Made by a program: the position numbers and the translations under genes. From Candidatus Thalassarchaeum sp. (GTDB lineage: Archaea > Thermoplasmatota > Poseidoniia > Poseidoniales > Thalassarchaeaceae), in NCBI GenBank assembly GCA_022449845.1, contig JAKUOE010000003.1:5166-40086 (forward strand): 34,921 bases of DNA. Reading direction: 5' to 3'. Shown here one piece after another: positions 17,940-27,726 of the stretch; position 1 is the first letter of the stretch; the number at the start of each line of letters is the position of its first letter. Under the pieces are notes generated by a model. It was given only the letters and a program-made list of their open reading frames with translations, ran no database searches and was not told where the DNA came from.

Positions 17940-18950
17940 GTGAAGCGGAAACGGAAGGTTTCAGGCAATCTGGGGCGAACGCAGCACCGCGAGGCTGACG
18001 GAATCTATGAGAGCATTCGATCTCGTCGCGGTGATACGAAACCATGTCCTTTCTACGGTGGGAAAAAATATCCCGATTATGATAAAAATGCCCATGACGA
18101 ACTCAACCCGACATTGCCGAATCCCAATGTACCCATCGAGGAATTTGACTTTCTGAACAAGGAAGGAGTATGGGATCTCCAGGGATACTGCAAAGTGTGC
18201 TACAAGGTTTACCGGGAGTTGCGCAAGCAGAAGGCCCGCAATCAATGGACAACCACCGACGAATCCGAGATGTCAGATGACGAGATTCGCCAATGGTATC
18301 GTGACAACGTGGGCGCTGAAATGGAGTGTTCATATGGAAATCACTGGGCAGATCCTGCGGCCTTCAGAGTTAGCAGGAACATGGAGAAGGGTTTGCACAA
18401 TATCTGCATGGATTGTGAGCCCATGACTCGATTGGCTCAAGGCCTACGAGAGAAGGAATGGCTCGCTGGAGGAGATTGGGAGTCATGGGCCCGTGAAGTC
18501 GAGCGAATCAAAGGCAAAGGTCGAGTTTCGTGCGCCGGTTGGCCGCTTTCTGTACAATTCGGGACCTGCGAAGGGGAATTGCCGGGTCGCAAGATGCACA
18601 TGGATCACATCGTCCCTCTTCGAGCTGGAGGAATTCATGATTCTAGGAATCTACAACCAATGTGCGCAACGTGCAACATCAAGAAGACGGACCAAATTCA
18701 ACCGGACATGACTGTTGATGAGATTCTTGCGCGAATTCATCCAGATTATCATCATATAATCGATCGAAGTGACAGCATCCAAACGATAGAGCGGAAACTC
18801 AAGGCTCACCTTGAAGGCATTGTAGAGGCATCGATTCGAGACGGGACATATGAACAAAAATTGCGCGATCTCAAACGCAGAGTGAACGGACAGTGGGATG
18901 TCGAGCGTGTCGTCAAGAAAGGGAAGGAATGGGCGAAAAAACAGAGGTAA
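17940..18950 (+). CDS. HNH endonuclease with N-terminal Cys/His zinc-finger modules (putative restriction endonuclease)
   Basis: DHIVPLRAGGIHDSRNLQPMCATCNIKK HNH core; upstream LQGYCKVC and GLHNICMDC modules. Confidence 0.85.
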   Translation: MKRKRKVSGNLGRTQHREADGIYESIRSRRGDTKPCPFYGGKKYPDYDKNAHDELNPTLPNPNVPIEEFDFLNKEGVWDLQGYCKVCYKVYRELRKQKARNQWTTTDESEMSDDEIRQWYRDNVGAEMECSYGNHWADPAAFRVSRNMEKGLHNICMDCEPMTRLAQGLREKEWLAGGDWESWAREVERIKGKGRVSCAGWPLSVQFGTCEGELPGRKMHMDHIVPLRAGGIHDSRNLQPMCATCNIKKTDQIQPDMTVDEILARIHPDYHHIIDRSDSIQTIERKLKAHLEGIVEASIRDGTYEQKLRDLKRRVNGQWDVERVVKKGKEWAKKQR

Positions 18951-18963
18951 TCCATACCCAGCG

Positions 18964-20043
18964 TTAGAACAGTGTTGATTGGCCCGGGCCTGGTTTCGTT
19001 TTCTTCGATTTCTTGGACTTCTTTTTGGAATTGTCATTGTTGACATCCTCCTCAATGGGGATGACTCCATCGTCTCGTGCCTTGCCCAGACGCTCCTCGA
19101 TAATCGGTTCCGCATCCTTGTTGATGTCAATCATGTAGGTATGTCGACCCAATGAGAGAGCCGCAGCACCCGTGGTCCCACTGCCTGCGCACGGGTCGAG
19201 AACCCAGTCTCCGGGGTCACTTGAAATCGCGATAATACGGCGAAGAAGTTTGAACGGTTTCTGCGTGGGGTAGTATCGCTTGTCTTGATCGGTTCGAGTG
19301 ATGTAATGAATATCTGTCCACATATCTGAGAGTGGTTTTCCCTTGTTCTCATGCTTGTACAATTTCTTGTACAGTGTCGCTTTCTTCATCTTCGGGAAGT
19401 GAATGCGGTCTTCAGCAATCATGCGTAGCATTTCTTCCTCGGGAAATCGCCAACCGTACGGGACATCGTAGGTATCGCCTGTCTTTGGATTGGTCACAGT
19501 GTAGAAGTGGCCCTTGCGCGTCTTGTCATGTTTGATGGCGCCCAAAGCGTAGAAGCCGCGGTCGTCCTTCTGTGTGTAGGAATTCTCCAGATAATAGTCG
19601 TCGAGTGGGACGTAAACGAGGTTGAATTTCCGATTGTTTCCGCTGGCCATGAAGATGATGTCGACGACCGCGCCAAGCTTCTTCTTGACGGTGTTTTTCC
19701 CATGTGCTTTCTGCCAGAAAATCTTCTCAACTTTGGGGAAATGCTTGTTCAACACCATTTCGGGAATCAGGCTCTGACCGGCACTCATGTGTAGAAACAG
19801 TGTGCCGTCCTTGGCGAGGACTTTCTTGCATTGAGCCAGTAACTGGGCCAACCAAACGGCGTACTCATCGCCATCCCACGTGTCTTTGAATTCAGGGCCA
19901 TCGAGGACGGCTGAATACTTGAAGGTCCGACCCAAATCGAAGGGTGGGTCGAGATAGATACACTGAAACTCACGATCTAGGTTCGCTAGATGTGCGATGC
20001 TATCGGCGATTTGAATCACCGATTCAAGTGTTTTCTTGGCCAC
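18964..20043 (-). CDS. Site-specific DNA methyltransferase, beta class (probably N6-adenine)
   Basis: Motif IV IYLDPPF at the N-terminus, YPTQKP and motif I LDPCAGSGTT near the C-terminus. Confidence 0.92.
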   Translation of the reverse strand: MAKKTLESVIQIADSIAHLANLDREFQCIYLDPPFDLGRTFKYSAVLDGPEFKDTWDGDEYAVWLAQLLAQCKKVLAKDGTLFLHMSAGQSLIPEMVLNKHFPKVEKIFWQKAHGKNTVKKKLGAVVDIIFMASGNNRKFNLVYVPLDDYYLENSYTQKDDRGFYALGAIKHDKTRKGHFYTVTNPKTGDTYDVPYGWRFPEEEMLRMIAEDRIHFPKMKKATLYKKLYKHENKGKPLSDMWTDIHYITRTDQDKRYYPTQKPFKLLRRIIAISSDPGDWVLDPCAGSGTTGAAALSLGRHTYMIDINKDAEPIIEERLGKARDDGVIPIEEDVNNDNSKKKSKKSKKTKPGPGQSTLF

Positions 20044-20130
20044 TCAATCTTCCTCAATTTTTCTCAGGATATCCACCCTATATCAAGCCACACCAGACGG
20101 AGGTGGTCACTTTCACTCGCAAACTCGAAT

Positions 20131-20937
20131 TCAATTGACCATCGGGTCATCTTGAGATTGGCTCACATCGTAACCTTCAGGTGCCGGTAGCATCGATTGA
20201 CTGCGCTCAAACATCTCTCTCACGTTGTCCTCAATCTTGCGCGCATCTTCGAGCAACTCATCCAACGGTATCTCTCGATCGAGCAACTCACTGACAGCCT
20301 CTGTCGCAAACGCAGCCGCGCGCGCATCGGGATACATCGGGTTGCAATCGGCGAGCAATGCGGTGATGTTCAGGCCGCGTCGGTCACCCTCTGAAAGAAG
20401 GTAACCAGCGATTCCAGATACAATACCGCGCTCCATGCGAGACACACCAGCAGCAGCCAGCGCCTTGCGTCCGAGTGGATGGCTGGATACGCCCCAGAGA
20501 TCACCCTCTTCCTTCTGGCCAATCTCATTGGGCACAACACCATCGATGATAATCAAACGATCAAAACCGCCCTCGACGTACCATTTGAGAACCGTCTCAG
20601 CGAACTTGACATCGTAAGCGGCAGGGAACTGTATCTCTGAGGTGAACACACCGATTCCATCGCCCTGATAGACACGAACAGGATGCTTGGGTACGGATTC
20701 TTGGACGAGCGCCATGGCGGGGAAGTTCTCATCGAGAACGGTGCCCATTTGCTCCAAATCCCAGGCGCGAATCATGTGACTGGCGGCGATCACGCCGACC
20801 ATGCCGGTACTCGAAAATCCGCAGACTGCGGTACCGCCGAGTTTGGAGGGGTCTGCATCACCATGCAGAACCAATGCGTATCCATCGCCCGTCATCGAAC
20901 TCACCTTGTTTGCCTGTCTCAAGAACCCGTCGCTCAC
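20131..20937 (-). CDS. PAC2 family proteasome assembly chaperone-like protein
   Basis: GFSSTGMVGVIAASH, FPAM..HPVRVY, GIVSGIAGYLL, YPDARAA, L.ELLEDARKIE. Confidence 0.88.
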   Translation of the reverse strand: MSDGFLRQANKVSSMTGDGYALVLHGDADPSKLGGTAVCGFSSTGMVGVIAASHMIRAWDLEQMGTVLDENFPAMALVQESVPKHPVRVYQGDGIGVFTSEIQFPAAYDVKFAETVLKWYVEGGFDRLIIIDGVVPNEIGQKEEGDLWGVSSHPLGRKALAAAGVSRMERGIVSGIAGYLLSEGDRRGLNITALLADCNPMYPDARAAAFATEAVSELLDREIPLDELLEDARKIEDNVREMFERSQSMLPAPEGYDVSQSQDDPMVN

Positions 20938-23900
20938 TCATTGAAGGCTTCCCAGTCCTCATCTTCAGGATACTTGTACCACCACTGGCCGACTTCGTCT
21001 TTCCACCACTCGACGCCATCTTCGTCGACATGGTAATCCTCGTCTTGGGTGTAATCCCATTCCTCTGGTTCAGTGTACTCTTCTTCAACAACCTCGTGCA
21101 CAGGAGCGGGGCGCTTGCCTGCACGGCGATCGACACGCTTGGATTTGCTCATCGAGACGGGGCTTGTCTTCGTGGTCAACTCATCGAGGCTGCGGCCCGT
21201 CGGTAGATCATCCATATCGGGTTGGGTTCGAATCTGCTTCTTCGCCTTGGGTTGCCATTCCTCGTCATCAAAGGTCTCTGCGTCCTCGTCTTCGTCTTCA
21301 CGCATGGCCATTCGCAATCCGACGAATCCGAGAATCGCTAGAACAACCGCAGCGATGACAATGAGCATCAACAGATTATCTTCTTCTTCAGCGTCACCAA
21401 CTTCACCCTGAGTGTCATCGTCTGGATTGGTTGGATTGTCGATGGTTTCGTTGACCTCAATAAAACCGTATTCGAGAATTCGGTAATCAGCAACACCCAG
21501 CCAACCGGTCGCAGTGAGATCAATGTCGACACGGACCGTTCCATTGGGAGGAGCAGGTCCCAAGCCCCATGGGCTGGGTGAGATGGTGAAAGTCAGCGAA
21601 TCATTCGCGGCGATGGTCATCTCGCTGCTCGGTAGGTTGTCGACGAACAGTGGTGAGGATTGACTGTAGGTGAAGGCGATGTTGGCGAATACGGTCGCGT
21701 TGTTCGTATTCAATAGAGAGCAGTGCATCGAATTACCATCGAGTTCAGCCATCGCCAATGTACTGTTTTCGAGAATCTCCCAAGTTGTATCACAGGTAAC
21801 TTCGACAAAGATGAGTTGTGGTGTGTCATAGGTGCATGAGCCATCATCGAACTGAGCCTCTGCATCGAAGTTGTTGGCTGCAGAATCCGTGCAACCAACG
21901 GGAGGTGGTGGGAACAGATCGATTCGCAGCGTCGTCGGAGTCAAGGACAGCCACCACGGTGTAGACGGAGTCATGTCCAGCCAACCACCCGTGGCATAGT
22001 TAACAGGAATCGATGTGATGCCTGTACCGTCAAACTGGGCCATACCAGATTCACCCAAGACCTCGGTCCCATTGCCGAGTTGCCAAGGAATGACAATGCC
22101 ATCGATTACGCCCTGTTCAGCACTTGCTGCAGTGAGAGCGCTGGCATGAGCTGCACCCATCCCTTCTCCATTGAGGACGATCGAGGGAGTGTTGGTCGAG
22201 AACACCGCATCGACTGTAACCACAATGTCCGAACTGTTGGCTACAGCCGCCATGGGTTGGTTTACGGCTCCGAAGGAGCCGCCACTCCATGAAGCGGACA
22301 CTTGACCGACGCCGCCATGCGCTTCCCATTCGCTGACAAAGTCGGTCCAATCGTTCCAACTCTTTGAGGCGGAACCTGTGATGTCAGTGGTCAACGTCGT
22401 CGACCAAGTTTCACCACCGAGATCAATCGATAGGTCCACGATTTCATCGGAAAGTGGATGTCCTTCGCTGGACAATTGCATCGAGATGGAGAAATCTGAG
22501 CCTGCATGTAAGTGCACACCGCTATGGGCACCATCATCGAATAGGCCATCGCCAACGACATTGAGTGATAGAGAACTCTGACGAATGCTATTGTTGACCG
22601 AATGAACGGGTCCAACCACAGTCACATTCCACCATGCGTTGTCATGTTCATCCACAGCGACTGCGGCGGCCCAATGGTCCTCTCCATCGGTTAAGTCGGT
22701 GATGAGGAGCGATGTTGTCGGGTCATCACTACTGATATTCGCATATGGTGTCAAACCCGAGGCGTTGGTGAATGCACTGTTCTCAACGAAGAACAGAGTG
22801 TAAGCGAGATCAACGGACGGAGAGGGTGTGAATGAGAGGTTGAGAACCCCACCATCATCATCGGGTACATCGGCCAAGGCGACAAGCGCTTCATCGGGTG
22901 GCGTGGTGTCGTACACTGGTGGAACGTCAGGGACATTCACGGTGATGATGTTCGAAATTGTCGATGTGATGTCGAAATTGTGGACGGAGCGAACGGCATA
23001 GTCCCATTCCTGATTGGTTACCCCATCGGTGTCCTGATAGCCGTTCACGGGTGTATCAACCAGTGGTTGAGTGATTGAAATCTGTGAACCGGTTGGAGCT
23101 CGGAACAATTCGTAGGTGACGAAGTCCGACGGGCTGGTCGTATTGGTCCACATCAGACTCACTTGGCTGTAATTGAAGTCGTACAAACTGAGGACGGGGG
23201 CGGGTGGAGCCTGGATGTTCGAAGCCCCTTCAATCCACTGAATAGCGAGCGAATCGAGTGTGGCTGTCCCATTGAGGGTGCAAGTGATTCCCATCGGAAT
23301 TTCAATGTCACCTGTACCGAGCAGCATGAATCCATTGAGAACATTGGAAAGGTTGCCGTTGGTGGGATTTGTTTCAACCACGAAAGTTGCCGTGTAAGAC
23401 ATGTTGAGGTTGGATTGAGTAATCGTGCCCGCACCCATACTGCGAACGATGGGGTCCATCAGGCTCCACGATGTGTCATAATAATCGAAGGCTGGTGGCA
23501 CATTGAGCAATTGGGGGGAAATGCTGGTCATCAGCAACCCTTCATCGGATTCGCTCAACGGATTGGCCGAATTCGCATACCCGCTCATCTCCATCTCGTT
23601 GTTCCCATCGCCTTCAAGATCCCATTCAAGACTGTGCCAAGCACCGATGAACAATCCCGATGTCGCCTCTCCAGCGGCCACAATCTGTTCACTGAGACCA
23701 TCGCCATCCATGTCGGCGAAGACGATGTCGCGTGGTGAGGTGTGTGGTGTGAAGGAAGTCGTCGTTGAATTGACGGTCCCATCACTGTTGAATGCGGACA
23801 TGTCAACAGAACCCGTCAGGGTTCCATCGGAACCATCAGGGGCACCGGGAGAGGCCCGGAACAGGCCAACTGTGCCATCACCATCGTGATCTCCGACCGA

Positions 23901-25181
23901 GAAATTCCCCAATCCAACAATGTTTGAGGAGGCCGTATTCCATGCCGTGCCATTCCATGAGGCCAAGCAAGCTCCTGAGAGGGATGGGCCCATCACATCT
24001 TGATACCCATCAGCGTTCCAATCAATCATCTCGAATGGGCCACTTGTGCACTGGAAACTCTGAGTGGTTGCGAGCCAATTGTTGTTGGAGAAATTCCACA
24101 ATGTGTTGTACGAAGTCATCACGTCTGCTTCGCCAACGACGATGGTCTGATTGTTTCCATAGAAGGATGCGGCACCAACGTGAATGAAATTCTCAACACC
24201 CGGCATCTGATTTCCAGAATTAACGGTCGCCGTCACAGCAGTCGTGTAAACACCACCACTGAACGAACGCATCCCTAGTGTCCCATCTGCATCGATGAAT
24301 ACGAGATCATCCTGACCGTCGCCATCCAAGTCGGCCAACAGGGCATCTTCGAATTTTTCATTCATTGTGATGTTGGCCGATTGTGACCAACTGTTGCTCG
24401 AATAATGTGGGCAAAGGGTGTCTTCAGCACTGGCAATTGCAAGGACATCTGTACTGCCATCATTGTCGGAATCGCCAACGATGAGTTCATCCGCATCAAA
24501 ACAGGTTGGAGTCCAACTATTGACAATCGCAGAACCACTCCATGTCAACCAACCAATGTGTGGCCAGGCTGAGCCGTTTGTACCGACATGTTCTGTCACC
24601 AGATAGATCGGGTCGTCGAACCCATCACCATTCATGTCTCCAACAGTGAGGTCGGTCACCGAACCAATTCCTGTAAACTGGGCACCCAAGTCGGGTGTGA
24701 GTTCAACGGTAATGTCAGATGAACCCAGAACCGCGGAGGTTGGCAATCGCCACCCTCCTGCTGAAATCCAAGTTTGATTGCCATTCGCACTGACGGATGT
24801 TGACGAGGGTCCACCCTCGAATTCAGTCTGCTCTCCGACCCGACCATCGCCGTTGCCACCCAAGTGCCACTCAAGTTGACCATCGTTGTCAACGTCAACA
24901 GTGAGCGAACCTGGAGAGGCATCTTCGATGTCGTAAGTGATATGGAAACTTGCACTGTCAATCGTCGTGTTCCTCATGACTGTCAAATTCACGGGGGATG
25001 AACTCTGTGTGTCGGTGGCAACCTCCACACTGGTGCTCCCATCTGCAAACGTGTCAATGGTCCCTGTGACGGGGTCAGCCGAGACAATTGGCAGCGAAGA
25101 GAACACGCTCAGGACCATCAACAATGCAAGGATGACCGAGCGCGAAGCGCTCGCCTGCGCATGGGCGCGCGTTGGGGGCAT
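20934..25181 (-). CDS. Large membrane-anchored surface protein with FG-GAP/VCBS repeats and Fn3-like domains
   Basis: Signal peptide; GDMNGDGFDD, ADLDGDGQDDL, ADMDGDGLSE repeats; W....SP..YELFR/YAVRS Fn3-like pattern; C-terminal TM plus acidic Trp-rich tail. Start ATG 25181. Confidence 0.85.
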   Translation of the reverse strand: MPPTRAHAQASASRSVILALLMVLSVFSSLPIVSADPVTGTIDTFADGSTSVEVATDTQSSSPVNLTVMRNTTIDSASFHITYDIEDASPGSLTVDVDNDGQLEWHLGGNGDGRVGEQTEFEGGPSSTSVSANGNQTWISAGGWRLPTSAVLGSSDITVELTPDLGAQFTGIGSVTDLTVGDMNGDGFDDPIYLVTEHVGTNGSAWPHIGWLTWSGSAIVNSWTPTCFDADELIVGDSDNDGSTDVLAIASAEDTLCPHYSSNSWSQSANITMNEKFEDALLADLDGDGQDDLVFIDADGTLGMRSFSGGVYTTAVTATVNSGNQMPGVENFIHVGAASFYGNNQTIVVGEADVMTSYNTLWNFSNNNWLATTQSFQCTSGPFEMIDWNADGYQDVMGPSLSGACLASWNGTAWNTASSNIVGLGNFSVGDHDGDGTVGLFRASPGAPDGSDGTLTGSVDMSAFNSDGTVNSTTTSFTPHTSPRDIVFADMDGDGLSEQIVAAGEATSGLFIGAWHSLEWDLEGDGNNEMEMSGYANSANPLSESDEGLLMTSISPQLLNVPPAFDYYDTSWSLMDPIVRSMGAGTITQSNLNMSYTATFVVETNPTNGNLSNVLNGFMLLGTGDIEIPMGITCTLNGTATLDSLAIQWIEGASNIQAPPAPVLSLYDFNYSQVSLMWTNTTSPSDFVTYELFRAPTGSQISITQPLVDTPVNGYQDTDGVTNQEWDYAVRSVHNFDITSTISNIITVNVPDVPPVYDTTPPDEALVALADVPDDDGGVLNLSFTPSPSVDLAYTLFFVENSAFTNASGLTPYANISSDDPTTSLLITDLTDGEDHWAAAVAVDEHDNAWWNVTVVGPVHSVNNSIRQSSLSLNVVGDGLFDDGAHSGVHLHAGSDFSISMQLSSEGHPLSDEIVDLSIDLGGETWSTTLTTDITGSASKSWNDWTDFVSEWEAHGGVGQVSASWSGGSFGAVNQPMAAVANSSDIVVTVDAVFSTNTPSIVLNGEGMGAAHASALTAASAEQGVIDGIVIPWQLGNGTEVLGESGMAQFDGTGITSIPVNYATGGWLDMTPSTPWWLSLTPTTLRIDLFPPPPVGCTDSAANNFDAEAQFDDGSCTYDTPQLIFVEVTCDTTWEILENSTLAMAELDGNSMHCSLLNTNNATVFANIAFTYSQSSPLFVDNLPSSEMTIAANDSLTFTISPSPWGLGPAPPNGTVRVDIDLTATGWLGVADYRILEYGFIEVNETIDNPTNPDDDTQGEVGDAEEEDNLLMLIVIAAVVLAILGFVGLRMAMREDEDEDAETFDDEEWQPKAKKQIRTQPDMDDLPTGRSLDELTTKTSPVSMSKSKRVDRRAGKRPAPVHEVVEEEYTEPEEWDYTQDEDYHVDEDGVEWWKDEVGQWWYKYPEDEDWEAFNE

Positions 25182-25383
25182 TGGTCCTGCGGACCATATC
25201 AGGGGGTTATGTCGCCTTCGGCGTGAAGGTCGGAAAAATATCGATAACAAAATGGGGAGTGAATCGGCGAATCAAGTTCAGAAATCAAGGATTTCAACGG
25301 TTCAGGTTTGAGATTCATAAAGTTACCATCGTAACGATTAAAATAACCCCGCGGCTGGTTGGGAACGGTCAGGTGGCGGCTTC

Positions 25384-25899
25384 GTGAAGGGTTCGGATGA
25401 AGCTGGAAACAGTCGTGTGCTGATTCGAGTTGGCGATGTTGAAATTGATATCTCGGGTTCACAAAGAGAGGTCGATGCAGAGATGATGAATATCCGTGAT
25501 GGAGAAGAGTGGTCCACAGCCATTGCCAAGGTCCGTAGCGCACGGGAAACCGCGATTTCTGCAGCGATTGAAGCCGCCAAGAAGAGTGGGATGCCTGAGC
25601 GCGGATCTGCCTTCCGTTCATTGATTGAAAACAGTTCGTTGACAAAGAAGCCCGATCAGGTGCTCGCAGCGATTCAATACCTGCGGGAAGTCGAAGGCAT
25701 CGATGACTCGCCCCCACGCGTGTTGAAGAAACTCTTCGACGACAGTGGATTGGCTGCACCCGACAATCTATCCTTGTATCTGAATCGACTCGTGGAGCGT
25801 GGATTCATCTCCTGCCCCCCTGGGACTTCTGACAAGAATCGCTATGCCGTTCTCACACCTGAAGGACGAGCGCATCTGGATCGTCGGTCAGGAGCCTGA
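25384..25899 (+). CDS. Hypothetical protein with C-terminal winged-helix-like domain
   Basis: NLSLYLNRLVERGFI..YAVLTPEGR resembles a wHTH recognition helix and wing. Confidence 0.7.
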   Translation: MKGSDEAGNSRVLIRVGDVEIDISGSQREVDAEMMNIRDGEEWSTAIAKVRSARETAISAAIEAAKKSGMPERGSAFRSLIENSSLTKKPDQVLAAIQYLREVEGIDDSPPRVLKKLFDDSGLAAPDNLSLYLNRLVERGFISCPPGTSDKNRYAVLTPEGRAHLDRRSGA

Positions 25900-25908
25900 G
25901 GGTTTGGA

Positions 25909-26304
25909 ATGACTGAGATTGGCCCCGATGCCGACCTCTCCTTCCAATCATTCGTTGGACGCGACATGCGAGGCGTGGATCTGTCTGGAGCCAATCTAAG
26001 ACGGGCGATTCTCGATGGGGCCGACCTAGAAGGTGCGAATCTCTCTGGCGCGGATTTACAAAATGCCTCAATGATTGCGACCAACGCCATGAAAGCAGCA
26101 TTCGACAACGCAGACATGCGAAATGTCAAGGCCAAAAAAGCGCGATTTGGATTGGCGAATTTCCAGAACGCTCGAATGGACGGAGCGGATCTTCGAGGAA
26201 TTCGCGGACGTTACGCTGTTTGGCGCGGCGCCAATTGGTGGGATGCGCGGATGAACGACGACCTTCGAGCAGCCTTGACGAAAAAATGGCCTCGTGAAGA
26301 ATGA
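25909..26304 (+). CDS. Pentapeptide repeat protein
   Basis: A(D/N)Lxx repeats: VDLSG ANLRR AILDG ADLEG ANLSG ADLQN. Confidence 0.92.
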   Translation: MTEIGPDADLSFQSFVGRDMRGVDLSGANLRRAILDGADLEGANLSGADLQNASMIATNAMKAAFDNADMRNVKAKKARFGLANFQNARMDGADLRGIRGRYAVWRGANWWDARMNDDLRAALTKKWPREE

Positions 26305-26892
26305 TTACTCCTCTTCAATGGAAGAAGGGGCCGAATCAAAGGTAACCTGATCTCGATAGAGAGCAGCACGTCCTTCGGGGATCCATACCGCAACCAGCGG
26401 CAAAGCAACACAAAACGCACCACAAGCGAATTCCATAATCAATCCACTGCCTATTGCCGCTTCGAAGCCATAATCCTCTGCGACGAGATGAATCCAGACA
26501 GTTTCAACGATATTGGCGATGAAGAAGATTGAGCCGGCAGCCATGCCAACTTTGACTCCAAGTGGATTCTTGCGGATGAGCATGACACCGGCGACCATCA
26601 AACCCAGTGCCATCGACCCATAGAGTACAGTGAAAGCCGTCGCCATGCCAGTTTCTTGCATCATGTCGAAGGTTCGGTTTTGCTCTTCGGTGAAGCCGCC
26701 CTCGGCTCTGAGTTCGTCATCGACGAGGAAGACGGCGGCACTACCAAAGGCAAGAATGCCGCCGAGCATGGAACCCAGAATGAGAAGAATGCCGATGGCG
26801 ACTGGGATGGCATTGTTGGGGCGGATTGGGATTGTCGGCATGACGAGTTCTTCCTCGCCATCCAACATGACAGAACCAATCTCATCTGACAT
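26305..26892 (-). CDS. Hypothetical membrane protein (about 4 TM)
   Basis: Four hydrophobic stretches; GGAG/GAGGT SD-like sequence upstream. Confidence 0.75.
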   Translation of the reverse strand: MSDEIGSVMLDGEEELVMPTIPIRPNNAIPVAIGILLILGSMLGGILAFGSAAVFLVDDELRAEGGFTEEQNRTFDMMQETGMATAFTVLYGSMALGLMVAGVMLIRKNPLGVKVGMAAGSIFFIANIVETVWIHLVAEDYGFEAAIGSGLIMEFACGAFCVALPLVAVWIPEGRAALYRDQVTFDSAPSSIEEE

Positions 26893-26917
26893 GGGTTAAC
26901 CTCACCTTCGACACTCC

Positions 26918-27331
26918 TTAATCCTCGGTACATTTCCTCAATGCATCCGCAAGCTCATCGGGAACATCGATCTTGTCGAATGTCTGCATATCAACACAAA
27001 CAGTGACCACGCGCGCGTCCCAACAGAGAACTTCGTCCTGATTGTAGAATAGATAACGCCACACAATCGATGAATTTCCGACGGATTCAATCCACAATTT
27101 ACACACAACCTCATCACCGTATCGTAGTGGTGCAAGATGATCGGCTGAAGTGTGGACTGCAGGGAAGCCGAGGTGCATCTCTTGGGTAATGACTGGATAG
27201 GAAATTCCGCAAATCATCTCCCATGATTCCTCAAAGAAACGATGCGCCAAATCGAAGTATTCGGGATAGAAAACGACCTGCGCTAAATCAATCATCGGGA
27301 AATCGACCCGGCGGCTGAGCATGACGGCCAT
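26918..27331 (-). CDS. Acyl-CoA thioesterase (4HBT/YbgC hot-dog family)
   Basis: IDLAQVVFYPEYF, PLRYGD, GNSS, VTVCVD. Confidence 0.9.
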   Translation of the reverse strand: MAVMLSRRVDFPMIDLAQVVFYPEYFDLAHRFFEESWEMICGISYPVITQEMHLGFPAVHTSADHLAPLRYGDEVVCKLWIESVGNSSIVWRYLFYNQDEVLCWDARVVTVCVDMQTFDKIDVPDELADALRKCTED

Positions 27332-27362
27332 GTCACTGGCTTACGCACCTCTGAGAAGAAGA

Positions 27363-27439
27363 TGGCGGACCCACCGCGATTTGAACACGGGTTTGAGGCT
27401 CCGCAAGCCCCAGTGATATCCAGGCTACACTATGGGTCC
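27363..27439 (-). tRNA. tRNA-Arg(GCG), CCA encoded, no intron
   Basis: GGACCCA TA GTGTAGCCTGGATATCAC T GGGGC TTGCGGA GCCTC AAAC CCGTG TTCAAAT CGCGG TGGGTCC G CCA folds as a cloverleaf. Confidence 0.95.
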
Positions 27440-27480
27440 AGCGGGCGGTCCACCGGACACTGTGTCTTAACCCAAACGGT

Positions 27481-27726
27481 TCATCCTTTGTTGGTGTAAA
27501 TCCGCTTACCAGTCATGGAATCCTGCTTCCAGACGAGTTCTTTGCAATAACGCGGGATGAAGAAACCAACTTTGCGGGGCGTGAGCCCGTGGTTCTTCAT
27601 CTTCAGATCGATTGACAGCCATGCAACAATTTGCGATGCTGTACAACCAGGATTCCCGGTGACATAATTGAGAATCTCTTCTCGCAGTCGGCGGAGCCTT
27701 GCTTCCTTCTGTGATCCCTTGGCCAT
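27481..27726 (-). CDS. Small basic winged-helix-like DNA-binding protein
   Basis: 81 aa, K/R-rich; EEILNYV..NPGCTASQIVAWL..TPRKVGFFI..GKRIY. Start ATG 27726. Confidence 0.7.
   Translation of the reverse strand: MAKGSQKEARLRRLREEILNYVTGNPGCTASQIVAWLSIDLKMKNHGLTPRKVGFFIPRYCKELVWKQDSMTGKRIYTNKG

Noticed and set aside
17829..20130. Transposon or target-site duplication around the HNH/MTase cassette
   Set aside because: No terminal repeats or transposase seen by eye
27363..27439. tRNA as the attachment site of an integrated element
   Set aside because: No integrase and no duplicated tRNA 3' end noticed in the window
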